Assembly: GCA_964016885.1 (NCBI GenBank)
Contig: OZ024743.1
Span: forward strand, 330,026,001-330,090,000
Direction: 5' to 3'
DNA length: 64,000 bases
Source of the DNA: Eledone cirrhosa
Lineage: Eukaryota
The number at the start of each line of letters is the position of its first letter. The first letter of the stretch is position 1. The translations under genes and the position numbers were made by a program. The notes below the pieces were generated by a model, which saw nothing but the letters and a program-made list of their open reading frames with translations, did not search any database and had not been told where the DNA came from. This document shows positions 1 to 11,772 of this stretch, piece by piece.

Positions 1-91
1 TGTGTGTGTGTGTGTGTGTGTGTGTTTGTGTCTGTCTCTCTCTGTGTGTATACATATATTTATATACACAAGCATATATACATACATATAA

Positions 92-507
92 AGGTGTCCA
101 TCAGTTACCATTTTGGCTCAATGAAAGAATTTACTGAATAATTAATTGATTATATAGAGGATTATGAAATAAATATGCAGAGAAAATATGATAAAAGGAA
201 TTACTTCAAATTACTTTCGGTTACGACTGCAGTTTCGCCGTAAATACCAGTTTAGATATTCCGATAATTTACCATTTCATAACGTGAAGATTCCCAGAAG
301 AGCTGCACTTTTCCTAGAATATGTTTAATTATTGGAATATCTAAATCGGTCTTTAGAGCGAAACTGCAGTCGTACCCGAAAAGTAATTTGAGACAATTCT
401 TTTTATCTTATGTTCTCTACATATGTATTGTATGATGCTCTGATTAATCAATTAGTTATTTAGTAAATTCTTTCATTGAGCCAAAATGGTAACTGTTTAA
501 CGCCTGT
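92..507. repeat. Foldback element with ~185-bp diverged inverted arms between (TA)n tracts
   Basis: CAGTTACCATTTTGGCTCAATGAAAGAATTTACT...GACTGCAGTTTCGC on the left is mirrored by GCGAAACTGCAGTC...AGTAAATTCTTTCATTGAGCCAAAATGGTAACTG on the right. Confidence 0.85.
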
Positions 508-524
508 ATATATATGTATATACT

Positions 525-571
<47 letters not shown>

Positions 572-631
572 TTCCGTTTCCGCCCTGTCCGTCTCCCCAA
601 TCTTTCTATTTCTTCTTTAATTCCCATTCTA

Positions 632-667
632 TTTTCTGATGAAGGACTAGCGTCCGAAACGTTAAAC
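632..667 (+). ncRNA. Minimal type I hammerhead ribozyme motif (PLE-like)
   Basis: TTT-CTGATGA-A-GGAC(TAGC)GTCC-GAAAC-GTT-AAA: intact core, 4-bp stem II, palindromic AACGTT stem III and a short stem I. Confidence 0.6.
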
Positions 668-1148
668 CTCTTTTCCTATTATATAAAGCATAAAACTAAT
701 AATATATTTCGTCATTGTACTGCGTCGTTTCCTTTGTTATTTCTATTCCGCGTAAACGTTGTCATAGTACTACCGCCTATCAAATATAATCAGCCATGTC
801 TGCACTATAGGCAAATGAGCATTTCCAGTCGATGTTCAAGCAAAATTATATATAGACCATAGTCTATTTCCATGCCAGCACGTTTTGAGTGAGTGTTATT
901 GTTAAAAGATTAACAAATCTTGAAACGGCGCTGCCTGACATTTTCCCAACGTACTGGCAACTCTGATGCAACCACAAAGGAAAATAAAGAGAAATAAGAA
1001 TTTTCCATCCTTGATGGAAAAGAGCGAAAACAGACCAATAAGGTTTGTGACCTCCGCTGAATCGCTGTCGACCATTCCAAATAGAGTTGTCGAAATGTAT
1101 CACAGACTTACGAGCATTTAAAATGACATTAATGTTTCCATTAATGTG

Positions 1149-1333
1149 AATTGGCAGTATCGGTAGAGGGCTGGACGACATGCTTTCCAGCATAGTTACG
1201 TCCCTTTACGGTCTGAGTTCAAATCCCGCCGAGGTTGACTTTGCCTTTCATCGTTACGGGGTCGATAAAATAAAGTACCAGTAATGCACTGGTTAATTGC
1301 TGGCCTTGTGCCTAAAGTAGAAACAATTATTAT
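1149..1333 (+). mobile_element. tRNA-derived SINE (family A)
   Basis: A-box-like TGGCAGTATCGG, B-box GAGTTCAAATCC, core GCCTTTCATC...GGGGTCGATAAAATAAAGTACCAG and a (TTA)n tail. More than 20 related copies occur in the window. Confidence 0.85.
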
Positions 1334-1469
1334 TTAAAATGTTATTAATACTTCAGTAATTTTTATGTTCAACCATTTTATTACTATTAATACCACTATC
1401 CATATATAGTGACAGGAAGAATATTAGTCACCTGATTCTTTCATACCATGTTGTAAACCACTTCTACTT

Positions 1470-1694
1470 TTTGGGTAAATGCATTCGATGTTCAGAGAGA
1501 GGGATTAGCCCCGTGCAAAGCCTTTCCTCACTGAAAAAGGCTTCAACCACAGGCATCGCTTCATATCTGACATCTTAAATATCAAGCGATGGCATTACTC
1601 GAAATCGAGTTGCAGCCATCATCTTTATGTATGTATGTATGTATGTATGTATGTATGTATGTATGTATGTATGTATGTATGTATGTATGTATGT
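1470..1694 (+). mobile_element. Short non-autonomous RTE-derived element
   Basis: The segment GGGATTAGC..GTGCA..GCCTTTCCTCACT..AAAA...CACAGGCAT matches the RTE 5' UTR at ~7808-7870. It is followed by the stem-loop ATGGCATTACTCGAAATCGAGTTGCAGCCATC and (TATG)n, as at the RTE 3' end. Confidence 0.65.
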
Positions 1695-4600
1695 TTTCTC
1701 TTTCTCTTAATTTCGAGTATATTTTTTTGACCGGCCACCTTCCTGGTGGCAAGGTTGTAAAAGAAAAGAAATTGTCATCCCTTGAATCGCAAGAATGTTT
1801 TGCAAATTTTGTAGGTGCCAGCTATCGCAGCCATTTGTAGACTATGAATTAGGGAGCTGCGCTTTTTGTCCGCAAATCCAAGTTCAGTCATACTTTGGTC
1901 CAAGCGGGTTGGTATATAACCCGTAGCACCAATAATGATGGGTATGAAGCTAAAGGTGTATCTTGGATACTGGATTTGTAAACTCCTCATCAATGGTCCG
2001 TAGATGTCCTCCTTCTCCTGTATTTTTCTGACAACGTTTACATCAAGTGGGCAGCTGATCTCCACAACAGAACACGTTTTCAATGTGTGGTCCCAAACTA
2101 CAATATCAGGCCGGTTGTGCTTTAATTTGGTGGCAGTTTTTATTTTCAGGTTCCACCAGTATTCCTTAGTGCCATCTGTCTCAATATATTCTTCCTCGTT
2201 TGTTGTTAATTTTGTTTTCCTAAGTGCGTTCCAGATGGTTCTAGCTATCCCATCGTGTCTCATGGGGAGGTAGTAGCGAGATGACATTCTTTCGCAGCTG
2301 GCAACAATGTGGCTTACATCCTCGATCTTTGTTTTACATAGCCTACATTTATTGTCAGCTGCTGGCCCTCCTCTTTTGTGCAGCAGATATTTGGTAGGGA
2401 GTTCTTGTTCCTGTATTGCATAGAGATATCCCTCAAGGTGTGATGTCATAAACTTGTCGGAACTCCGTGCCAGGCTTTTTGAGTGGTTTATCCCCTCTAT
2501 GGTCTGTGTTTTACGCCTCAAGTATCCATGCACAACTTTTTCTGTAAATTGGTCAATTTTTTTATCTTGTTTGAACATTGAATAGGATCTTCCGATTTCT
2601 CTGGGTGAGAGATTTATATCTGGCTTTATTCCATATCTCTCCTCCAGATCAGTCGCTATTCTAATGATATTTCTTTTTTCATGCTCATAAACCTGGGCAA
2701 GATGGTTGCCAACCTTTTTCCTCTGTTGAAGGTGTTGCTTCAGTGTTACTATCCGGGTCTCATATATTGTTAATATTGATTTTAGACCCCGGCCACCTTC
2801 CTTGCGTGAGAAGTATAGCCTATCCACATCACCATTGATGTTAAAGTTCCCAGTAACACTGAGAAGTTTTCGAGTTCTAACATCCATCTCACTTAGTTCT
2901 TGCAATGACCAGTTCAGTAGGCCAAATGTTGGCGTTAGAATTGGCACAGCATAAGTATTGTGGGCAATGTATTTGTTGTATGCTGACAGTTCTGATGACC
3001 ATATTTTCTTTACTCTTCTGAGGTATTCAGTTCTGGTTCTCTCCTTATTTATGGGTCCATCATATCTGACATTTTCATCCTGTCCAAGATATCTGTAGTT
3101 GTCACCTGACTGCAGAGGTTTTATTGTCAGGCCGTTCATCTCTAGATTTCTAGAGGAGGGCACAGCTCTTCCACGTTTTACTGCCAAATATGCACACTTG
3201 GACTCACCAAATTTCATTTTGATGTCGGTTGAAAATTGTGTAATGAGGTCCAATTGTTTCTTGATGTCATTGATATTTGGCCCATACAACTTCAGGTCAT
3301 CAACAAAGAAAAGATGGGAGATACTTCTTGGCCCACTTCTTTGTCCACCTTGTTTCCTGAGTAGGTAAGATAGTGGATTCAGTGAGAGAACGAAGAGTAG
3401 CACTGACAAGCTATCACCCTGAAAGATGCCCTTCTAGTAATGTATCTTATCAGTCTTAACCTGCTCCTTCTCACCTCTAAGGATCAAATTGGTGTACCAG
3501 TTCTTGGTCAGGCGTTCAACAGCAGCTACCAATGTTTGTGGGACTTTAGCTAACTGTAAAGCCTTAATAATCCACCCATGAGGTACACTATCGAATGCTT
3601 TTTGATAGTCCAGCCACACGACAGTCACGTTTCTGCGATTCTTTGTTGTTTTTTCCTGAATAATTTTGTTAGTTAGTAGGTGATCTATGCAACCCCACAC
3701 CTCCCTCTTTCCACCAGTTTACTCAGGTGTTATGATGTTGTTGGTAGCACAGTGATCCTGTAAGAACAGGTTAAGGCACCCAGTATATAATTTATACATG
3801 ATGTTTTGGCAGGCAATTGGGCGGTAATTTTTAGCAAGGGTGGTTTGGTTATTTTGGGGAATGAGGAGAGTAGTGGCAGTTGATAACCATCTGGGCAGTT
3901 CTTGTGTGCCCTTAATGGTTTCTGTAAACAGCCGTATGAGATCTTGCCGATAGAAAGTGAAATTCTTCAACCAGTATCCTTTAATGAGGTCTGGGCCTGG
4001 CGATTTCCTATTCGACATTTTCTGTAGAGCTGTTTCCAGTATTGATCCATCTATGTCATATTGTTTTGTCTGGACATGTTGGCAGTAGTCCTGTTCCAGT
4101 TCTTTTAGCCAATTAGCTTGTCTGTTGAATCCGTCATCCGTTTCCCATACAGATCTCCAGTAGCTCTCAACCTGTTCTTTTGAAGGGGTGTCGTTTACAG
4201 GGATTGAGCTTTTGCCACCTAAGCTGCGATAAACTGATTTAGGATCTCGGGCAAACAATCTATTTAGCACTTGTCGTTTATGTGCTGTTGACTTATATTT
4301 TAGTCTTTCTGTTGTAGCTGTGAGTTGTTGTTTCAACTGGTGTAATTTGGAGTTCAAAGTTTTAAATTTTGTATCTCCAAATCGTCTCTCTAACTTTTTC
4401 TTTAGGTCTTCCTGGTGTCGTGTGAAGTTGCTCTCTATGTTGCATTTCATAACGACTGCGATGTGTGAGATACTTCGTCTCAGGGACAAAATTTTGGTTT
4501 TTAAATTTCGCATCCACGCTGGTTCAGGCTTTCTGTTTGTATCTTGATTGCGTAGTTTTAGATGTGTGTTATATGATAGCAATGTGACAGCTGAAACATA

Positions 4601-5910
4601 TAACAAAACATTAAGCGTTTCAAATGTCGTTTCTACACCTTTAGATCGTATAGCCTTCAGATAATTGCCAGCTATTTCGTTCACCGCTTCCAATTCCAAT
4701 TTAGTGGGTTCTTTACTGACTCTAGTGTTGTATGGTCTGTCACTCACATTAAGGCTGTGTATCTCTTGAAACATATCGTTCCATATCACTTGTAGGGTGC
4801 CCACAAGTTTTTGGTGCTCTGTTTGTTCAGTAGAGTCATGAATTTCAGCCTCGTTGTTGATGTGGTGACAATTACTACTAGAGTCAGCTGACCTTTCTCG
4901 CTGTTCTTCAGTGGAAGTGGGATGGATTTCAGCAAAATTGTTGGTGAGCTGTTCACTGTTAGATTTAGCTGGCCATTCTCTTTGTCTGTCAGTGGAGGTG
5001 GGGTGGTTGTCTACAAGGGCTGTATTTGTAGTATCACTCAATTCCGTTAGATGTATCAATTTACATCTAATGATACGTTTTGCCTGTTCATTTAGATGCT
5101 TTGGAGAAAAGTCTAATTCTGGGTGTTTGGAGTTCCATAAAGTTTTTAGCCTTTGCATAAAACCGAACTTTTGGGGTTCAGATTGTTTGGATGCTTGATA
5201 TAATACTTTGTTAAGCTCGTAGCTCCACTGTGTACAACGATTGTAGTTGCGATTTGGTCGAAGGAGACTTGTACTTTTTGCCATGATGCGTTCGTCTATT
5301 CACTAATATTTCGTATTTATTTTTCAAAATAGTCGATGATCTTCTTTAAAAGTTACGACAAAGTTCTGTCAGAATCAAATTTAAAGTTATTCACAGCTTG
5401 AGTAATATTTCTTTTCAGTTAGTTTTTAATTCTACAACTGTGTTTTAAACGTTGTTCTTGAATCGTTTGAATCGAGAACAAAAAGAACCGTTACTTAGTA
5501 TTCCTTTATGAATGTAATATAATATAACAACGCTGTATTTATATGTTAAAGTTTATGTAACATTCATATAAATAGGTGTTCTACAACTTATTCACAACAT
5601 ATTCACAGTTCAAACACTTATGTTTTTGTTTCTGAATCGAAAACGTTACTTGTATATTTCTTTATAAATGTAATATAACAACGTTGCATTTATGTTAAAG
5701 TGTATGTATCGTTCATATATCATAAGTGTATGTATCGTTCATATAAATAGGTGTTTTACAACACACAGTTCAAACACTTATGTAGAATTATTGTATGTAA
5801 TCTTACCGCGTAATGTAGCTCAACTTTTTCCAATATATGGTATGTTGCCTTCATGTAAGCCGTAATTACACACGTCCGATTATCGGACACTGACCACAAC
5901 GGTCGCCATT
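1695..5910 (-). mobile_element. Apparently full-length R4/Dong-clade non-LTR retrotransposon (RT + restriction-like endonuclease)
   Basis: One long ORF, a ~625-nt 5' UTR and an ~80-nt 3' UTR, with (TATG)n on both sides. Confidence 0.9.
1775..5284 (-). pseudogene. R4/Dong RT-RLE polyprotein (~1169 codons) with two in-frame stops
   Basis: Three ORF pieces share one frame, with stops at 3719-3721 and 3434-3436. Motifs: KSPGPD, NYRPIAC, WLDYQKAFDSVPH, GIFQGDSLS, LFFVDDLKLY, YRYLG, CRLC..HIVASC knuckle, RHD and RPDIVVWD..VVEISCP. Confidence 0.9.
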
Positions 5911-6007
5911 TATGTATGTATGTATGTATGTTTGTATGTATGTATGTATGTTTGTATGTATGTATGTATGTATGTATGTATGTATGTATGTATGTATGTA
6001 TGTATGT
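5911..6007. repeat. (TATG)n microsatellite at the 5' junction of the R4/Dong element
   Basis: Read directly. Confidence 0.95.
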
Positions 6008-6637
6008 GCTACTGGTAACATGTATCCCAGTACAACCTGTCTCATGGTCGGGTCGTTGGCGACTAAACTGGCAACCCCACCAAGGTTTCTTGGTGAGGAG
6101 GGTGACTTTGGACATCCTGCAGGACTAAAAAGAAAACCTGTCAAAGGGCAAAGGAGCTCTTAAGAGTTAATGGCCATCCAAAATCACCGCGAGAGATGAC
6201 CCCTTAGCCTTTGTCAAGGCAGAATTCTAGGAGAAGGATAACTCTGATATAACACCTGCAACCCTGATGGTATCCAATGATATTGAGTTGTTCTTCTTTT
6301 TTGTAAATATCATATTGGTTAAGAGAGTGGGACTGGCTTTGTGCAGTGCCTTTGCTCACTATAAAAGCTTCACGGCACAGGCATTGCTTTATATCCGGAG
6401 ATCTCTCTGCCCTTGTCGTCACATGGTACCATGGGCCTGTGTCAAAAATTGTCACAAGTGTAGTGTTTGTACCAGAGTTTTCAAGTCGCCTGCTGGACTA
6501 AAAAGTCACACTTGTTTAGCGCATCGGTAGGGGTTCTCCTACATGGATATAAAGTAGCGGCCGTGCTCGAAAACGAATTGGCAGCCACCACCATGTATGT
6601 ATGTATGTATGTATGTATGTATGTATGTATGTATGTA
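6008..6637 (+). mobile_element. Internally deleted non-autonomous RTE derivative
   Basis: 6200-6395 resembles the RTE 5' UTR at 7660-7870. It is followed by a C2H2-like remnant (CSVCTRVFKSPAGLKSH), the 3' stem-loop GGCCGTGCTCGAAAACGAATTGGCAGCC and (TATG)n. Confidence 0.75.
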
Positions 6638-7056
6638 TTTACTTACATCTCAATATAACATGGCTAAAATTCAAATTTTACAAAAAGAAGAAAACGGTCA
6701 AATGAACTAGATACATCTCACTGTCCCCCCCCCCCCCCCGCCACCACAATAACTTCTACACTCTCTCCCCACCATCACATGTCATTACCCTATCTAGACT
6801 AAAGTCATCGACCTGTTGTCAAACTCTCTACTCTCTGTTGAATGTGTATATATATATATATATGTATGTATATGTGTGTATATACATCACTCAGTCAAAC
6901 GACCAGATTTCAACCCCAACATCTACAACAACACCGGCACTAATGTTTACAGCAACAACAGCTTCAGAATGAACTGAAATGAACATTTACAACAACAACA
7001 ACAACAACAACAGCGGCATCAAAAGATTAAAAAAAAAGAAAAAGAAGATAAAAAAA

Positions 7057-7087
<31 letters not shown>

Positions 7088-7177
7088 ACACAACAACAAC
7101 ATCAACTGCCACCACCACCACTACCGCCGCCGCCGCCATAACCTTCACCAGCGACCGGGCCTTAAGAAAACAACTTT

Positions 7178-7335
7178 AATAATAATTTTTCTGCTTTTGG
7201 CACGGATCCAGCGACTGGTCCAGCGCATCACTGGTACTCTCTTTTGTTGACTCCGTGGGGATGAAAGGCAAGGTTGACCTCGGCGGGATTTGAGCTCAGA
7301 GCGTGGAGGGCCATGACTCTATGCTGTAAAGCAAT
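7178..7335 (-). mobile_element. Diverged family A SINE
   Basis: GATGAAAGGCAAGGTTGACCTCGGCGGGATTTGAGCTCAG. Confidence 0.75.
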
Positions 7336-7596
7336 TATAATAATACTGGACTGTAGTACGATCGGCTTCAACTATACAAACTCTTGAAAGTCAACAGTTG
7401 ACATAATCTTGTAATCTTGTATCAGTAATGACGGTAATATATATATATATGTATGTATATGTGTGTGTGTGTATAAGTGAGTAGAATAGCGTGTGTGTGT
7501 TTGTCCGTATGTATGAGTGTTGCTGTGTGCGCGCATATGTATGCACGTGTGTGTATGTCGTACGTATAAGTGTCAATAAGTGATTTTTTTTTTTTT

Positions 7597-10500
7597 GCGC
7601 GGGGACATAGAAATAATCGGGCTGGATGCCCGATCGCGCAGTTAAACCACTGGGGGTGAAGAACCCCTAGCCCTTGTCAGGGCATTCTTCTAGGAGAAGG
7701 CATCTCAGGAAACTAGGTTAACTCCGACATAAAACCTGCGGCTCAGTAGTTACCGATGATGTTGATCTTTTCTTCTTTTCGGGTTATAGCTACTGTCGCT
7801 CAGAGAGTGGGATTGGCTCAGTGCACAGTCTTTCCTCACTTTAAAAATATTCGTCACGCACAGGCATTGCACGACTGCATTAATAATAATAATTATTATT
7901 ATTACTATTATTATTACTTTTTTTCTTTTTTTTTTCTTCCAATTCAATGATGTTCCAGAACAATATAAAAGAGATAATTGGCAGTTTAGGTTCTGGAACA
8001 AAAAAGATCATTGGCAATAAGGGCAGGGGCCCCAGGTTATCACAGCCTGGGCCCGCTCGTCATCGTGCCATTGTAATAGAGCCAAACAAGGCATTTAGTC
8101 TTGGCTGCTGGAACGTACGGACGCTGCTTGACAGGGATTCCTTGGGGCGTCCTGAACGAAGGACCGCTCTTGTTGCAAAGGAGCTTCGACGTTACGATCT
8201 TGACATCGTGGCTTTATCTGAGACGAGGCTAGCTGGAGATGGTCATCTTACGGAATTTTGTGGAGAATATACATTCTTCTGGAAAGGAAGAGATGAAGGA
8301 ACCAGAAGAGAGGCTGGGGTAGGATTTGCTGTTAAGACTGTGTTTGTGAACAAATTAGAAGAATTCCCAGTAGGGATTAGTGAGCGTCTTATGTCCATGA
8401 GAGTTCCGCTGGACAAGGGAAGATATGCTACCCTGGTGAGTGTGTATGCTCTAACTATGAGTTCTGTCGATGAGGAAAAGATGTCCTTTTACCATGCCTT
8501 GAAAGGTGTTTTAAGAAATATCCCCCAGGCAGACAAAGTCATCGTGCTTGGTGACTTTAATGCTAGAGTGGGTAGAGATTTTAACACATGGAATGTAATC
8601 GGAAGGCATGGGGTGGGAAAGTGTAACAGCAATGGTATGCTCCTGCTGCAGATGTGTGAGGAGCTGGATCTGTGTGTTACCAACACCATGTTCCAACAAA
8701 AGAACAAATTCAAGACCACATGAATGCATCCTGCATCTAAGGAATGGCATCTTTTGAACTACGTCCTAGTCAGGATGTGTGACAGACAGGATGTGAAGTG
8801 TGTTCGTGTTCTTCGTGGAGCTGAGTGCTGGACGGACCACCGCCTGGTACGCGCAAAAGTGAAACTAATCACTAAACGTAAAATCCGGGCTCCTGGTGTT
8901 GCCCTGCCCAAAAGATTGAATGCTGCTCGTCTTAAGGATAAAAATGTGAAGAGGACATTGGAAGAAGAGATGCAGGCTGCAGATCTTGGTGAGGATTGGC
9001 CGACCCTTAAAAAGTCGGTTTATGATGTAGGCAGGCTTGTTCTGGGATAGGCGCAGAGGAAGCATCAGGCATACATGCTGAGCTCCTACAATATGGTGGT
9101 GAGAGACTCCTGCAACATCTTCACTCTTTGTTTGGCAGGATATGAGCTAATAAATCCGTACCTGAGGACTGGAGAGATGCAGTAATGGTGGTCTTGTACA
9201 AGGGAAAGGGTAACAGGAATGATTGTGGGAACTACAGAGGTATATCATTGCTTTCTGTCGTAGGGAAAGTTTTATGTAGGGTGCTTCTTAACCGTCTGCT
9301 GACACACATTGCAGATTGTGTTCTTCCTGAATGTCAATCTGGTTTTCGTGCTGGACGCGGCACTACTGATATGATCTTCTCAGCTAGACAGCTCCAGGAG
9401 AAGTGCATGGAAAAAGGCTTGGATCTGTATCAGGTTTTTGTCGATCTGACAAAAGCTTTCGATACTGTTAACAGAGATGCATTATGGAAGGTTCTCCAGA
9501 AACTTGGTTGCCCTGATAAGTTCCTTGCTTTAGTTAGGTCTTCCCATGACGACATGAAGGCTTGGGTTAATGTCGGAGGTAACATGTCGGAGCCTATCTC
9601 AGTAAGAAATGGTGTGAAACAGGGGGATATTCCAGCACCGAACCTGTTTGCCATATACTTTGCAATGGTTTTCTGTATTGCATTCAGGAATTGCGAGCAT
9701 GGTGTTTACATCCGATATCGAACCTCAGGCAGCATATTTAACATCAGGCGCTTTGCTGCGAAGACAAAAGTATTTACATCAATCATAAGAGACCTCTTGT
9801 ATGCAGATGATTGCGATATTGTAGCGCACACAGAGAGTGATATGCAGCATATTTTGAATGCCTTTTCTGACGCTTGCACTGCCCTAGGATTGACTGTCAG
9901 TCTCAAGAAAACCGTCGTCATGTACCAACCTGCCCCTGGTAGTACACTGAACCAAACATGTATGTGTATGGCAAACGACTTGGAGTGGTTGATCAGTTTA
10001 TCTACCTGGGAAGCACTGTCAATCGATGCAGCAACCTTGACAGTGAAATCTCACTTAGGATTAGGAAAGCAAGTGATGTTTTCGGAAAGCTAGAAAGGCA
10101 ACTCTGAGGTCGGCGAGACATATGCAGGAGGACAAAGGTAAAGGTGTACAGGGCATGTGTGCTCTCTTGTCTTCTTTATGCCTGCGAGACCTGGGTCACA
10201 TATCGACACCACCTTAAGCAATTGGAGCGTTTCCATCAGATGTGTCTCAGACGGATCCATGGCGTTCACTGGAGGGACCACATCAGTGATGTCGAGATTT
10301 TGGAAAGCTCTATGTGTGACAGGATAGAAGCTCTTGTGCTTAAGCAACGACTCCGTTGGAGTGGTCACCTTGCCAGGATGAAGGCTTCTAGAATACCAAA
10401 AGAACTCTTTTATGGAGAGTTGGTTAAAGGAAAACGACCGCCACATAAACCAAAAAAGAGGTATAAGGATTCCTTGAGAGCATCTCTCAAAGACGCTAAC

Positions 10501-11321
10501 ATCTCTGCTGATACATGGGAAAATATTGCTGCTGATCGTAATAAATGGAAAAAGACTGTATATGAGGGAAAAGTTGCCTTTGAGGCATCTCGAATTGCAT
10601 ACGAGAAAGTAAAGCGGGATGTGAGGAAGGGCATTGCTGTTGCACTTCCAGACGGCGATGGTCCTCCTATGGTGCTGACATGCAGCGTATGTGCGAGACT
10701 CTGCCTAAGCAAAGCTGGACTCGAAAGTCATCTTCGCAGTCATAAAGTAAGACTAGTGGTTGACTACCAGGCTGCTGTTGGAGATGCTACTCATCATGCT
10801 TGCCAAACATGTGGTAGAGAATGTAAATCAGCAGGAGGGCTCAAGCGACATGCAAAAGTACACGAACTCCAACCACAGCCGACTATTCCCAGTGAATGTT
10901 TTGGTTGCCGACTCTGTGCAAGACATTTTAGATCATTGGCTGGGCTAAAAAGCCACATTCGATCGCAGCGCTGTTAGTTGCTATCGTGTGTGTGTGTGTG
11001 TATAGATATGTTTATGTGTGTGCGTGTATGTGTATATATATATGTATATGTATATTATTATTGTTGTTGTCGTTATTATTATTGTTGTTATTATTATTAT
11101 TATTATTACTGTTATTAATGTATGTGTGTGTGTATATATATATATATTTATTTTTTTTATTTTTATTTTATTTTTTATTTATTTATTAATTTTTTTTTTC
11201 TCCTCGTGCAATGGCCATACTCGATAACGAGGGGGCAGCCATCATGTATGTATGTATGTATGTATGTATGTATGTATGTATGTATGTATGTATGTATGTA
11301 TGTATGTATGTATGTATGTAT
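7597..11321 (+). mobile_element. RTE-clade LINE, decayed
   Basis: 5' UTR, an APE-RT-zinc finger ORF, a 3' stem-loop at 11211-11243 and a (TATG)n tail. Microsatellites interrupt both UTRs. Confidence 0.9.
7947..10977 (+). pseudogene. RTE APE endonuclease-reverse transcriptase with three C-terminal C2H2-type fingers
   Basis: Motifs WNVRTL, ALSETR, LGDFNARVG, WTDHRLV, NYRGISLLS, QSGFRAGRGTTDMIF, FVDLTKAFDTV, GVKQGD, LLYADD and RWSGHLARM. It carries stops, a frameshift near 9950 and an internal deletion near 9070. Confidence 0.92.
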
Positions 11322-11772
11322 CTCTTTCTCTTAATTTCGAGTACATGTTTGACCGACCACCTTCCTTGTGGCAAGGTTGTAAAAGAAAAGAAATTGTCAT
11401 CCCTTGAATCGAAAGAATATTTTACAAACTTTGACGGTGACAGCTATCGCAGCCATTTGTAGTCTATGAATTAGGGAGCTGCGCTCTTTGTCTACAAATG
11501 CAAGTTCTGTCATACTTTGGTCCAAGCGGGTTGGTATATAACCTGTAGCTCCAATAATAATGGGTATGAAGCTGAAAGTGTACCTTGGATACTGGATCTG
11601 CAAACTCCTCATCAATGGCCCGTAGATGTCCTCCTTTTCTCGTATTTTTTTTTCAACGTTGACATCCAGTGGGCAGCTGATCTCTACAACAGAGTACGTT
11701 TTCAATGTGTGGTCCCAAACAACAATATCAGTCGGTTCTGCTTTAACTTGGCGGCAGTTTTTATTTTCCGGC
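11322..11772 (-). mobile_element. 5'-truncated copy of the R4/Dong element (RLE domain and 3' UTR)
   Basis: Closely similar to 1695-2150, e.g. DIVVWDHTLKT..VEISCPLDVNV...KEDIYGPLMRSLQIQYPRY. Its 3' end abuts (TATG)n. Confidence 0.92.

Noticed and set aside
1149-1240. tRNA genes at A/B-box sequences
   Set aside because: They are SINE heads with no complete cloverleaf.
6030-6145. Twister or HDV-like ribozyme in the RTE-derived 5' region
   Set aside because: A hairpin (CACCAAG-GTTT-CTTGGTG) and GGAGGG are present, but I could not fit either consensus fold.
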